A stretch of 64,000 nucleotides of DNA, taken from the IMG/VR virus record IMGVR_UViG_3300028591_000074, positions 32,001 through 96,000 of that record; one strand, 5' to 3'. This stretch comes from a virus (Duplodnaviria; Caudoviricetes). A model generated the notes under the pieces. That model saw nothing but the letters and a program-made list of their open reading frames with translations, ran no database searches and had not been told where the DNA came from. Shown piece by piece: positions 39,980 through 50,090 of this stretch; position 1 is the first letter of the stretch, and each line of letters begins with the position of its first letter. Position numbers and translations under genes: made by a program.

Positions 39980-42340
39980 TTATGTCGGTGATTCTAAATA
40001 TTCCGCAGATTCAACCTGTTGGCGAATTGGTTCGACATTAGTATATGCTGAATGGACGTTATCATATGGATCACCAAAATATCCAATAGCAATTATATCA
40101 AATGCAGTAGTTGAACATCTATTAAGGATTTGAATGTATTCAGTTCTTGTATCATTGGTTGAAACTGATCCAGAATAATGTGCACGAATAATCAATTTTC
40201 CCCCGCAATCATTTGGATTACTTATTGATGGATTTTCTGATAGAGAATGTAAAGTGCAGGCACCTGCCCACCTATCAATCAGCGCAACTAAATGAGCTTT
40301 TACATACTGAGATGTTTGATCACCGGGTACATCACTCCTATGAATAATTAAAATTCCATGTCGCATAAATATATCCTTACAATTATAAAGTAGTTCATCT
40401 GAATCCCCTGATCCAGCTATGGATGTAGTATACATTCTATACTGATTTGCAAAATGCCACCTACGTTTGCCATCCACAAGTTTTAAAACATATGAAATAT
40501 TATTATCGGCATTACCATCTACAATGGCATAATCAAATTGAGACGCATTTGAAGTATATGGAAGATTATACCCAAGATATAATTTGTTCTGAGTATTGGA
40601 TCCAAAAGAGATATATGCCCTTCCTACAGAACTATCATAGTCATCAGTATCAATCTCTTTCTGATTCATATTTGTTACAGGTTTAGTCAAACTGTATTTG
40701 AGTTGTTTTAGCTTATTTCCAAGCAAATTTATAGACTTATCTTCGATTAGCGCATTTAGTAATGTTGACCATGCTAAGTTATCATCAGGTGTGTATGTAG
40801 TAGAATCGTGAGTTGTTGAATGTGTAACATTCAGTGAACTTGAAGGTACTGCACTAATTGTATATGGTGTTGGGCTAGATGCGGCACCATTACTGCTAAG
40901 CATAAGTCCATACCCCTTTGTAGATCCTACCTGAACCTGCATCATCCTTGGGTGATTACTAGATGCATCATATGTTTTAAATGGTGTATCAAACACTGTA
41001 TTGTTGTTGGTTAACTTTACGCTTGATACAGACATATCCCCTTGATTAGCAAGTGTAACAAACTGAGGATTCTCTGGATCAGAATCATCAAGTATCTGAA
41101 TATGATTATCATTTGTATGATTCATAGCCCATGTTCCAGGAAATCCCATTTGATAATCTTGTAGTACCCCTTCATTCATGTTATTGAACATTTTAATTGT
41201 TCCAGGCGCAACTACGTCTAATGGATATAAAGAAGTATTACCTGTAGATGTAATACGTGTACCCCAAAGAGCGGGAGGATAGTAATCGTTTTTACTAAGT
41301 ACTGTAAGTGACGCAGACGCTGCTCCAGAAGGATGCACAAGTTCAGATACATAAATAGGATACTTAGGGTTCATTATTTCTACGTCACTAGACCCTGGAA
41401 TTGGATATGTAACCGGATGGTATATTGACCACTTAAATGTATTGTAATCTTCGTAGAAATCTTTCGGATCGGTATCAACCATGTCAATGATCGCGTTATC
41501 CTTAACTTCAGCGGAATCATGGATAGTCCGAACATATTTAGTATCTAGATTATATTGCAGAAAACTATTAGGTACCGAAAATACTATCTTAGCAGCCCAA
41601 GGAAACTCCGCAGGTCCAAGAAAATCACCATTTTCTGGATGTGCGGTATTTGTTGAACCTTCTGTACCAACACAACCGGAAAGTACACTGTTAAGTGTGA
41701 AACCTGTTAAAAGAACAAGCGGATTAGAGTTGATATTACCTCTAACTAGGAGACGAACACGAGGGTATGTATCAGTTAAGTCAGGTTTAAAATCTTTTGC
41801 AGGAGGATACGATGAATTTTCAGACCAATTTCCGGGTTGGATAACTACACCATCAATGATGTGCATATAATCTCGAATTTTGTCTAAGTTCCTATCATAT
41901 AGTACTTGAGTTGGCATACCCGTTGTATACGATGCTTCCGGTCCAACATATCCGGTATCTGGGCTGTCTATCGAGTTGTTAGATATTAGCACCCCATAAT
42001 CTGTGATCTTTGTAGCCCACATAGAATCACTTGAATGTTCTGGGTCATATGCTGGAAATTCTGCGAATCCCTCGAAATAACTTGCAACTATGGTATTTGC
42101 TGCGGCAAGATTTGAATTGCGAGGTAGCTTGATATCTAAACAGGTTAGACGAGTTTCTGGCATACCTCCGACAGAAGGAACCTTGAGCACCATAGACGCA
42201 CCCATAGCCAAACTAGATGCAAGCCATTCTTTTTCTGTTGCAGGAGGACTATTTGGATCTTCCGCAAGATGTTGTTTCACGTATATTTCGTAAGCACTTT
42301 CGCCTACAACTCGACCCTCATTCCATATTTCTCTAGGCAT
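39980..42340 (-). CDS. Large putative tail/structural protein
   Basis: 786 aa, S/T/N/P-rich; N-terminal GESAYEIY...TEKEWLASS is seen in tail-fibre-associated proteins. Confidence 0.55.
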   Translation of the reverse strand: MPREIWNEGRVVGESAYEIYVKQHLAEDPNSPPATEKEWLASSLAMGASMVLKVPSVGGMPETRLTCLDIKLPRNSNLAAANTIVASYFEGFAEFPAYDPEHSSDSMWATKITDYGVLISNNSIDSPDTGYVGPEASYTTGMPTQVLYDRNLDKIRDYMHIIDGVVIQPGNWSENSSYPPAKDFKPDLTDTYPRVRLLVRGNINSNPLVLLTGFTLNSVLSGCVGTEGSTNTAHPENGDFLGPAEFPWAAKIVFSVPNSFLQYNLDTKYVRTIHDSAEVKDNAIIDMVDTDPKDFYEDYNTFKWSIYHPVTYPIPGSSDVEIMNPKYPIYVSELVHPSGAASASLTVLSKNDYYPPALWGTRITSTGNTSLYPLDVVAPGTIKMFNNMNEGVLQDYQMGFPGTWAMNHTNDNHIQILDDSDPENPQFVTLANQGDMSVSSVKLTNNNTVFDTPFKTYDASSNHPRMMQVQVGSTKGYGLMLSSNGAASSPTPYTISAVPSSSLNVTHSTTHDSTTYTPDDNLAWSTLLNALIEDKSINLLGNKLKQLKYSLTKPVTNMNQKEIDTDDYDSSVGRAYISFGSNTQNKLYLGYNLPYTSNASQFDYAIVDGNADNNISYVLKLVDGKRRWHFANQYRMYTTSIAGSGDSDELLYNCKDIFMRHGILIIHRSDVPGDQTSQYVKAHLVALIDRWAGACTLHSLSENPSISNPNDCGGKLIIRAHYSGSVSTNDTRTEYIQILNRCSTTAFDIIAIGYFGDPYDNVHSAYTNVEPIRQQVESAEYLESPT

Positions 42341-42350
42341 GTACTATACC

Positions 42351-43268
42351 TCACTTTCCACCAAATTCAGAAATTAACCATTTAATAACATTTTGAATAC
42401 ACGTCTTTTTATTTGTACTTGAAGTAGCAGATGCCAACATATCATCTGCATAGGCATTAAATGATATCTGACCATCATCTGTATAAATAATCAATTTTAT
42501 TTTATCTAACGTATCATAATCGTTACTATCCATCTGTACTGAGATTGATCCACCCCAATATTGTTTTGCGTATTCGGATAATGCTATATCTAAAATCTCA
42601 TCTATTTCATCAGCAATCTCAGAATAAAATTCTATATCATAGGGGGATATTGACCATTCCGGATTTGATAATTCTGTATGAATTGTACCATGGAACTTCG
42701 AACTTTTCAAAGTAGATAACTTCCCAAGTCTACGTTCCGCTGCTTTCTGAACAGATGGATCTTCATCCTGTACCAATTTTTCTAAAACATCTTTATCTGT
42801 TGTTTTTTCAGCCACAATCTTTCTAACCTCAGGAGATTCATCATCCGATGCTAAGCTAATCATATCTCTATCATTTACACGGTTTATAATATTGATACGA
42901 ACTTGTTCATCATCATCAAATAGCATATTTTCAAGAACAGTTTGATCTTGACATTTTGTAGAAACAATTCTACGTATTCTAACATCTTCATCTTGAGATA
43001 ATACATCCCAAACCTTTGGATCAGAAGTTACTCTTGCTACTGCCATACGGATCCTAGGATCATCATCTTGTGCAAGTCTGCGCCTATCAGATTCCTTTGT
43101 AGCAAGATTTCTTGCAGTTGCTTGACGAACTAATTTTGAATCATCATAAGAAAATCTAGAAAGTTTTGATCGGTCATTAGAACTTCTTGCAAGTTTAGCA
43201 CGTTCAAAACTATCCATATGAGCTGCATAAATCAATTTCTTCATCAACATATCCCCATTATGATACAT
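42351..43268 (-). CDS. HEAT/LRV-repeat protein
   Basis: About seven repeats of L..D.D..VR..VA. Confidence 0.8.
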   Translation of the reverse strand: MYHNGDMLMKKLIYAAHMDSFERAKLARSSNDRSKLSRFSYDDSKLVRQATARNLATKESDRRRLAQDDDPRIRMAVARVTSDPKVWDVLSQDEDVRIRRIVSTKCQDQTVLENMLFDDDEQVRINIINRVNDRDMISLASDDESPEVRKIVAEKTTDKDVLEKLVQDEDPSVQKAAERRLGKLSTLKSSKFHGTIHTELSNPEWSISPYDIEFYSEIADEIDEILDIALSEYAKQYWGGSISVQMDSNDYDTLDKIKLIIYTDDGQISFNAYADDMLASATSSTNKKTCIQNVIKWLISEFGGK

Positions 43269-43560
43269 AAACTATATTTCCACAGGTTGCTCTAATCCAA
43301 CCTAATTCATTTCGTATCCATAAATCATTATTATCATCATGCGTGAATGATTTACAAAATACACCGCTACCGGGTGATAATGTAGATACAATCGTTGCAT
43401 CATCTAAAGTTTTTACTCTAATCTCCAAAGGTGTTAAGGATGTTACTAAATAGGTTTTACCTTTTTCGTAGCACATAATTTCCTTTCTGTAACCCCAAAA
43501 GAAAAGCACACCCCATATAAGATATATAAGGTGTGCTAAATTAAATCTATTCCGAATCAC
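43258..43560 (-). CDS. Small SH3-like protein
   Basis: L.IR......IV..L..G.....W.....GWI pattern; true start probably internal (MCYEKGK). Confidence 0.45.
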   Translation of the reverse strand: MIRNRFNLAHLIYLIWGVLFFWGYRKEIMCYEKGKTYLVTSLTPLEIRVKTLDDATIVSTLSPGSGVFCKSFTHDDNNDLWIRNELGWIRATCGNIVYVS

Positions 43561-44719
43561 TATCTGAATCTGGATCGATTACTGCCCATCTTGGGAGTTG
43601 AGATACTTTAGCAATTGTAGTATCATCTTCTACAACTTGTTGAATCTCAGCAGTCAAATCCCTATCAGATACACCAACGGTATGTCCAAACTTATCTACA
43701 AGAATCCCATCAATAACTGGAACACCTTGTGATGTAGGTGTATAAGTATGTTCCTCACCAGTTCCAGTATCACCATGATGTATTGTTACATCATCTGCAA
43801 GTGTTCCACCACCTTTGATACCTTCACCTGCAACAATGTTACGTTCCTCAAATACAAAGTTAACATCTACCCACTTATGTTCATTGATTGACCAAGCATA
43901 GTATTCCGGCTTTCCATCAACATCATTGACACGAACTAATTTACCATCTGGTGTTTGTCTTGGATTCAGCTTATCGCGTTCTTCAATTGTTGGGAATGTT
44001 ACAAATGCGCTTTTAACCTGATATGGTATAATTTCATCATCTGGTGCAACTGGTGGGAAGATTGGACCGTGCGGACCATCCGTGGAACTTGGTGCTACTA
44101 CATAATCAGATGATTGATAAGTTTCATTTGTAATATCTGTTTGAGTTACTTTAATAGGAAGTACATTCGGATAATTCTGATCAAGATTGTTCGTCTTAGT
44201 TGATACAACAACCATTCCATCAATTTCTTGCGGAATTACAGGTCTTACAGATTTATCTGTAAGCGATGTAAGATACCAACCATTAAATAGACGATTATCC
44301 CATGTATACCAACCTTTATGCAGAATCCAATTTGTGTTCGGTATTGTTTCAATAGAAACAATATTTCCATCTACAAGTTTTAGGGTATTCTTCTCAGATA
44401 CCGGAAAATAGGTATCATTCAAATATTCTGTTGGTTCATATGGTTCCGGTGGATTCTCAGGATCAACTGGTAATGTTGGTCCTTCCAGATCAGATGATGT
44501 AGATAATACTACAACTTCATCTAAATCTGATTCTATAGCAGGAACAAGTTCATCGCCCATTAAAGATGAAAAATACCAACCTTTATAGTATTTACTTTCA
44601 AAATTAAACCAACCGTATCTTACAATCCACTTCTTATCTGGAAACCGTTTTAATGCAATGATGTTCCCCTCATAGAGTTTAATACCAAGGCTGGCTATAA
44701 GTAAGTAATCATAATTCAT
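43547..44719 (-). CDS. Putative tail-associated protein with duplicated Trp-rich domain
   Basis: Two copies of WI...GW(F/Y)...GWY; IVAGEGIKGGGTLADDVTI..G and VDKFGH tail-fibre-like motifs. Confidence 0.55.
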   Translation of the reverse strand: MNYDYLLIASLGIKLYEGNIIALKRFPDKKWIVRYGWFNFESKYYKGWYFSSLMGDELVPAIESDLDEVVVLSTSSDLEGPTLPVDPENPPEPYEPTEYLNDTYFPVSEKNTLKLVDGNIVSIETIPNTNWILHKGWYTWDNRLFNGWYLTSLTDKSVRPVIPQEIDGMVVVSTKTNNLDQNYPNVLPIKVTQTDITNETYQSSDYVVAPSSTDGPHGPIFPPVAPDDEIIPYQVKSAFVTFPTIEERDKLNPRQTPDGKLVRVNDVDGKPEYYAWSINEHKWVDVNFVFEERNIVAGEGIKGGGTLADDVTIHHGDTGTGEEHTYTPTSQGVPVIDGILVDKFGHTVGVSDRDLTAEIQQVVEDDTTIAKVSQLPRWAVIDPDSDSDSE

Positions 44720-44731
44720 AGCACCACCGCC

Positions 44732-44962
44732 TTAGGTTTCTATCAGATAAATATCATCAAGATCCGTTCTGTATAATGGTTTTAAATCACTGACATCTTT
44801 TATATTGGTAAGATACCATCCACAAACTTCACGATTTCCACCCCAAGAATACCAACCGTAGGAAAGAATCCATGTAATAATATCAAATCTTCCCAACTTT
44901 ACACGGCAACCTGGTGTAAGTGTTATATTAAATTCAGGTATTTCAATGAGTAAATCTGTCAC
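44732..44962 (-). CDS. Single-domain paralog of the Trp-rich repeat in 43547..44719
   Basis: WILSYGWYSWGGNREVCGWYLT. Confidence 0.65.
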   Translation of the reverse strand: MTDLLIEIPEFNITLTPGCRVKLGRFDIITWILSYGWYSWGGNREVCGWYLTNIKDVSDLKPLYRTDLDDIYLIET

Positions 44963-45048
44963 GATAACACCACCATTTCATCAACTATCAAGTATTACTA
45001 ATATAAAAGGTTTTGGGTGCAGTTATAGATTAACCACACCCAAACGAA

Positions 45049-45285
45049 TTATGAGCCCATATTATTTGACTCCGCATCAGTTTCCCAATCTTCTTCTTCC
45101 TCACCGGAATCAAGTTCCAAAATCTCACTTTTCAGAAGTTGCAATTCTGATTTTATAGATTCCCGTCTTTTGTTGAGTTCCGGATTATCACCTACAGATG
45201 TAAGTAACTGATCACAAATGCTTCTAAACTCTGATTCCTTTTCAATGAGTTGCTTTTTAAGTGCTTCTAAATCTGCCATACACAT
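45049..45285 (-). CDS. Hypothetical coiled-coil protein
   Basis: ORF track. Confidence 0.55.
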   Translation of the reverse strand: MCMADLEALKKQLIEKESEFRSICDQLLTSVGDNPELNKRRESIKSELQLLKSEILELDSGEEEEDWETDAESNNMGS

Positions 45286-45295
45286 CCACCATCCT

Positions 45296-45538
45296 TTACC
45301 ATTTTATTGATTTTATCACTACGATCTTAGGTTCACTATCTCCCCAATCGTAAAATGTGCCACAATTATCACAAGCATTATCAGATTTGTATCCACTGAT
45401 ACTTCTCCCACAAGTTGGGCAATAGTATTTAATAATATCCAAAGTTCTCCATCCGTCATCATTGTGCGCTTCTGAAATCATAGCCCTTGGCCGAATCTTC
45501 TCTACCACTATATTACACCCTTTCCATAATATAATCAA
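45296..45538 (-). CDS. Zinc-ribbon protein
   Basis: CPTC...CDNCG...DW. Confidence 0.65.
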   Translation of the reverse strand: MIILWKGCNIVVEKIRPRAMISEAHNDDGWRTLDIIKYYCPTCGRSISGYKSDNACDNCGTFYDWGDSEPKIVVIKSIKW

Positions 45539-45711
45539 TTAAATGATGCCTACCTATCCATGGTAGGCAATCCACATATCTTTTCGTAACAACGTGGACA
45601 ACATATCCACGTGTCTGCATTTCAGACCACCCATACTTATTTCTCTGCCACTTAATGTCAGGAATAATATCAGTCAAGGCTTCTGTATATATGTCATTCA
45701 GTTCTTTTGGA

Positions 45712-46038
45712 CTAATCTTCATACATAATCTCCAGTCCATAGAATTCTGCTGTCTGATGTTCAATTACGCAACCACGTGCCTGATCCCATCCTTTGCAAC
45801 AGTAGATAGCATCACACATACTCATAACTTTCAGGGATTCAGACAGGTAGAAGATACCGAGATTACTGTATCCAAAACTCTTAAGTTTATCCTCAGAATA
45901 GTCGAAAAATGAATTCATCACAGAATATCCTTTTGACTCCAAAACCTGCTTAACTTCTTCCCGCTTTGTCTTAATCTCATCATCAGACAATCCATTCATC
46001 GGCTGAACAATCATTGCTTTCTTCATAAATGGCACCAC
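45712..46038 (-). CDS. DUF4406-like (nucleoside deoxyribosyltransferase-like fold) protein
   Basis: QPMNGL...CDAIY...GW..ARGC.IEH..A. Confidence 0.7.
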   Translation of the reverse strand: MVPFMKKAMIVQPMNGLSDDEIKTKREEVKQVLESKGYSVMNSFFDYSEDKLKSFGYSNLGIFYLSESLKVMSMCDAIYCCKGWDQARGCVIEHQTAEFYGLEIMYED

Positions 46039-46658
46039 ACATCCTTTCTAAGTTTATCTAATTCAGAATCTTGTAAAAACCAATCGCTAAAATTTGGTTT
46101 ATATGCAAGATTTAAATTGTGCATTTCAGTTTTTGTAGTTATGACAGGGACAGAAATTCCACAACATTTATTAGTTCCTAAAGGGTAGATGTTAAATTCC
46201 CTACAAATGTATGCACTTAATGCAACCATAGAGTTGTATACTCCACGGCAATATGATTGGTAATAGTAATCAAGTTCTACATATGGGTGTAAAACCATAA
46301 TCTGAATCCACCCATCATTTCCAGATCCTACACGACCCTGACCGCATCCCCATCCACGATAATTTAGTGGAAGTGTCTGTATGACACCTACAGAATCATG
46401 TTCAAATCGACCAATCCAAAATGTATAACCTTCCTGTTTATTTGTATGATTATAGTCATCATCACATTGGTTCTTACCAATGATATGCATAAGGTTTTCG
46501 TAATTCGGATCATCCTCTGAGGGCTGAACAAATCTACGCAGCCTAGAATGACCGATAGTAGTTGTACAAAAACAAATGCCTTTAACTTCCATAGGCTTAC
46601 TATTTTTATAACATGTGCTATTTTCCATAATGCACTGTAAAGGATTATAATCTCCCAT
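46023..46658 (-). CDS. Degenerate paralog of the endolysin amidase domain
   Basis: Colinear with the endolysin N-terminus (CIMENSTCYK, RRFVQP, IIGKN, WGCG) but zinc ligands are replaced and there are no binding repeats. Confidence 0.75.
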   Translation of the reverse strand: MGDYNPLQCIMENSTCYKNSKPMEVKGICFCTTTIGHSRLRRFVQPSEDDPNYENLMHIIGKNQCDDDYNHTNKQEGYTFWIGRFEHDSVGVIQTLPLNYRGWGCGQGRVGSGNDGWIQIMVLHPYVELDYYYQSYCRGVYNSMVALSAYICREFNIYPLGTNKCCGISVPVITTKTEMHNLNLAYKPNFSDWFLQDSELDKLRKDVWCHL

Positions 46659-47143
46659 ATTATCTACTCCACCGATTTATATGATATCTGTTAGAAATAT
46701 GTATCTTAGACTTCCGCTTATTCTGTTTTGCCAAAAGTTCTGATGTCTTAGTGAATTCATCTTTAAGTTCTTTGAATCTATCAATGATTTCATAATTACT
46801 ATGCTCTTTTACCTTGTGAATAATCTGCATACCGATCTATCTCCCATATAACCGTATAATCTGACAACTTTCATCATCTGTAGTCTTATGCAGCATAAAA
46901 TCATCTCAATTCCACATATCTTGATATTCTTCTTGCCCCCTCATACGGAGTTCCATGTTGCTTGGCTTTTCATCCGCAGGATCATAACCATAGCACTCAC
47001 CGTTATCAATCTTCTTTCCTTTGTAATGACAGTATGGTGAATTTGAACCGGCATATCCACCGTACTCCATAGTATAGAAATATTTACATGATTCGCATTT
47101 CCTACGATCAAATTTCATTCTCACCATATCACAATCCCACCCA

Positions 47144-47509
47144 CTAATATCCGTAATGTAGAACTACCAGATCACTCCATTCATTCGGATTAAATCCCTT
47201 CAGAAGTCCCAGGAATGGGTAGTATCTACGATAGTAATCTTCGTTGTGAATTACCTTGTCCATAATATTCACCATATCAGCAATCGGAATTTCTATCATA
47301 TCAGCACCATATGCATCTTTATTGATTACTGTATTACCATCATCTGCATAGATATACACATCTGTTTTAGGATATTCACGTATCCGGTCATACACCATTG
47401 GAGCCTTGCAAAGATCAAACATTGCTATTACTTGCCCCCAATATCTCTTACCATCAAGACTCTTCTGCGTAGTCTTATTCACCACATAAAATCTGCTTTC
47501 GTATCCCAT
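47144..47509 (-). CDS. Hypothetical protein
   Basis: AAAGGAG SD; MGYES...VLHYGY. Confidence 0.7.
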   Translation of the reverse strand: MGYESRFYVVNKTTQKSLDGKRYWGQVIAMFDLCKAPMVYDRIREYPKTDVYIYADDGNTVINKDAYGADMIEIPIADMVNIMDKVIHNEDYYRRYYPFLGLLKGFNPNEWSDLVVLHYGY

Positions 47510-47735
47510 AATTTTCTCCTTTCTGGATTATTGATATTATTTATAATCATCTGGATTATAGTTATTCATCCAATCAGAAACAATCTCACATGCATCATTA
47601 TCAGTAAGATCAAATGCATCTTTCAAGTATGATGCAGAACCAAACATATTAACGGCTCCAGATCTGCGCAACTGCTCAAGGTAAAGCCAATACTTATTGT
47701 CCGTCATACTATTACCTCCTATATAATCCACAAGT

Positions 47736-48395
47736 CTAATATCCAACTTCTTTCAGAAGTCCACGCATTTCATAATACAAGGAGGTATTGCTTCCTGCTT
47801 CTTCCCTAACCTTGTCCATAATGGAATCTACGGAAGATTTTACATAATCGTAAAGTGCGTCCAACTTAGCCAACTGTTCCTGATACTCAACAATCTTTTC
47901 TTTGTACCTATCAATAGTAATCTGGATGTATTCCATAACCTGTGCAGGAGTCATATAGAAATACGGTTCATAGAAGGATTCCTTAATAATCTGATCTTCC
48001 GCAGGAATAATTCTACTATATTTCACAACTTGCTTAATGCTTATACTATCGCACACATACTTTCCATCAATACGGATGGAATAGTCACTCACACAGATTT
48101 CAAAATCATCTGAACAGATGCGTCCACGTTCGATCTTAGCATTCGCAAAATTTTTAGCAAAACTCTGAAAATCTGAACCGTCCTTCTTAGTAACCCTCTT
48201 TACATTCGACCAAAGACGAATCTTCGCCTCGTAGTCAAGGATATAGTCTTCAAACTTATTTCTGATATCTTCTTTCTTTTTCATAACTGATCCTCCGATT
48301 CTTAATCCATATCCTGTGATTGCACCTACAAGGCTATGATGCCTTGTAGGTAAACTTCTTATAGCTGCTTTCCTTGCTGTACTTTGCATATACAT
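47736..48395 (-). CDS. Hypothetical protein
   Basis: Likely start MKKKEDIRN after GGAGG. Confidence 0.65.
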   Translation of the reverse strand: MYMQSTARKAAIRSLPTRHHSLVGAITGYGLRIGGSVMKKKEDIRNKFEDYILDYEAKIRLWSNVKRVTKKDGSDFQSFAKNFANAKIERGRICSDDFEICVSDYSIRIDGKYVCDSISIKQVVKYSRIIPAEDQIIKESFYEPYFYMTPAQVMEYIQITIDRYKEKIVEYQEQLAKLDALYDYVKSSVDSIMDKVREEAGSNTSLYYEMRGLLKEVGY

Positions 48396-48618
48396 CCGGA
48401 AGATCTGACTTCAGAGAAGTGCTATCCAGTCGCTTCTGAGAAACAAGTTTGTAGCGGATTACATAGGAACCAGTGTTATACTCATCCTCATTCTTTTCTT
48501 CCAGATCGGCCTTGACTTCATCCTTTACAGATTCAAGCTGTTTCTCAAGAGCCTTGATCTGAGCCTCAAGTTCCTCTAACTTCTTCATTCTGTTATCAAG
48601 CTGTCTGTTTGTCATCAT
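48334..48618 (-). CDS. Small coiled-coil phage protein (early gene)
   Basis: AAAGGAG SD; TTGACA-17-TAATAT promoter at about 48661-48689. Confidence 0.7.
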   Translation of the reverse strand: MMTNRQLDNRMKKLEELEAQIKALEKQLESVKDEVKADLEEKNEDEYNTGSYVIRYKLVSQKRLDSTSLKSDLPDVYAKYSKESSYKKFTYKAS

Positions 48619-49184
48619 AGTGATTCTCCTTTCTGGATAATTGATGTTCTCTATGGTTTAATATTATCACATATAAGATAACATGTCAATACATATTTGA
48701 TAATTTTTATAATAAAATTATCTTTATATAAATTATACCTTACACATATTATAACGATTTACAAAACAAAAGTCCGACATATAGGATAACAGGAAACCTA
48801 TATGCCGGACAGTGCTTTGGGTTTGTGAGCCAAAGAAGAGGTATATATTGCAAACTGAGAAAATGGGTAACTCAGTAATGCTCATATGTGTAATCTGTAG
48901 GTAAGAACTTCTGTCGCGGAGAAGAGACCCTTGCAGTTGTCTTTTCCATGGAGGTTCATCAGTGTCAAGCACCGACTTATGAAAAAATATGACGATAACC
49001 TGTGTACAAAACCATTTCTGGGAGACTTCCACAGGAAGTCTTTAATTAGGAGAAAAAACGATGCCAAAAATGACAATGTATTTATTATATTAAAGGTTGA
49101 TGTACAAGAACTCGTTTCTGAGAGACTTCCACCATAGTCTTTTATGATTTGTGAAAAGGGAAAGGTATCCTAAAAGACACCAAA

Positions 49185-49257
49185 TCGGAGTGACACGACT
49201 TGAACGTGCGCCCTCTTCGGCCCAAACGAAGCGGTCTACCAACTGACCTACACCCCG
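49185..49257 (-). tRNA. tRNA-Pro(UGG)
   Basis: CGGGGTG acceptor; CTTCG-TTTGGGC-CGAAG anticodon arm; GTTCAAGTC T-loop. Confidence 0.88.
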
Positions 49258-49537
49258 GTTATACTGCAATTACCACTATCATCCCCACATACTACTTACA
49301 AGTATAATTCCACCGATCAAATGTATTCTCTACATGCTTTCTATATGGTCTTAGGCTTATTGCAGGGTTGCAGAGTTTTACAAGAATCACAACCGTACTT
49401 GGCTTTTTCAGTTGTCCGTACAGAGGTGGTAGAATCAACTACATTCAACATGATAACGTCAGAGCTGGAGTTTCGCATCTCATATGGAAATTCACATATT
49501 CTGCAGCATATGTTAGGTATCCAATTATTACCTATAG

Positions 49538-49604
49538 ACGCTATCGTGGGAATCGAACCCACCCCTTCCCGCCGGATGTGCTTGCCCAGGACACCTGATA
49601 GCTC
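49538..49604 (-). ncRNA. tRNA-like RNA lacking a normal anticodon arm
   Basis: GCTATC/GATAGC acceptor, D-like arm, GTGGG-TTCGATT-CCCAC T-arm; only a tiny TCC-GGC-GGGA stub in place of the anticodon arm. Confidence 0.6.
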
Positions 49605-49963
49605 ATACATTCGTAATAGTACATTTACCTGTCCAGATTATTATGCTTTTGCATAAATCCTACCACCTACCACTAAATGTTTTCCACTCAGTAAGACTAT
49701 CCTTGATGTATGCCAGTGGCATTTCATGCTATGCCACAAGTGAATACAACGGTAGGTACTCCATAGAAGGTGTGCAGTCACCATTAATGTCACTATAGAA
49801 TATCTGCATCCTACCAATTGCATAACCCCACATTCGGTTACGATCCGAATCTTCCTCGCTCTATCAGGTGTGCTGCCATTAACACTATGCAGGGTGTCAT
49901 CACATGTTATTACAGAAGTTGATCCGACTTCATGCAGTGGCGAGCTCTTACCACACATGTAAG

Positions 49964-50037
49964 TAGCGGAGGCAGGATTTGAACCTGCGACCTTCAGGTT
50001 ATGAGCCTGACGAGCTTCCGGGCTGCTCTACTCCGCG
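49964..50037 (-). tRNA. tRNA-Met(CAU), initiator-like
   Basis: CGCGGAG start with 1:72 mismatch; TCAGG-CTCATAA-CCTGA; GGTTCAAATCC. Confidence 0.9.
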
Positions 50038-50090
50038 TTAGTGTTACGCAGATATTTGATCTTAAAAATATCTGCGTAACTATGTTAGGT

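Noticed and set aside
46660-46905. Possible frameshifted or read-through gene in an ORF gap
   Set aside because: A 56-codon ORF (MQIIHKV...) below the track cut-off explains most of the gap; no slippery site or homology supports recoding.
48733-49958. ORFs called within the tRNA/ncRNA island (also 51553..51840, 52907..53128, 54033..54305)
   Set aside because: They overlap tRNA-like structures, have atypical composition and lack SD sites.
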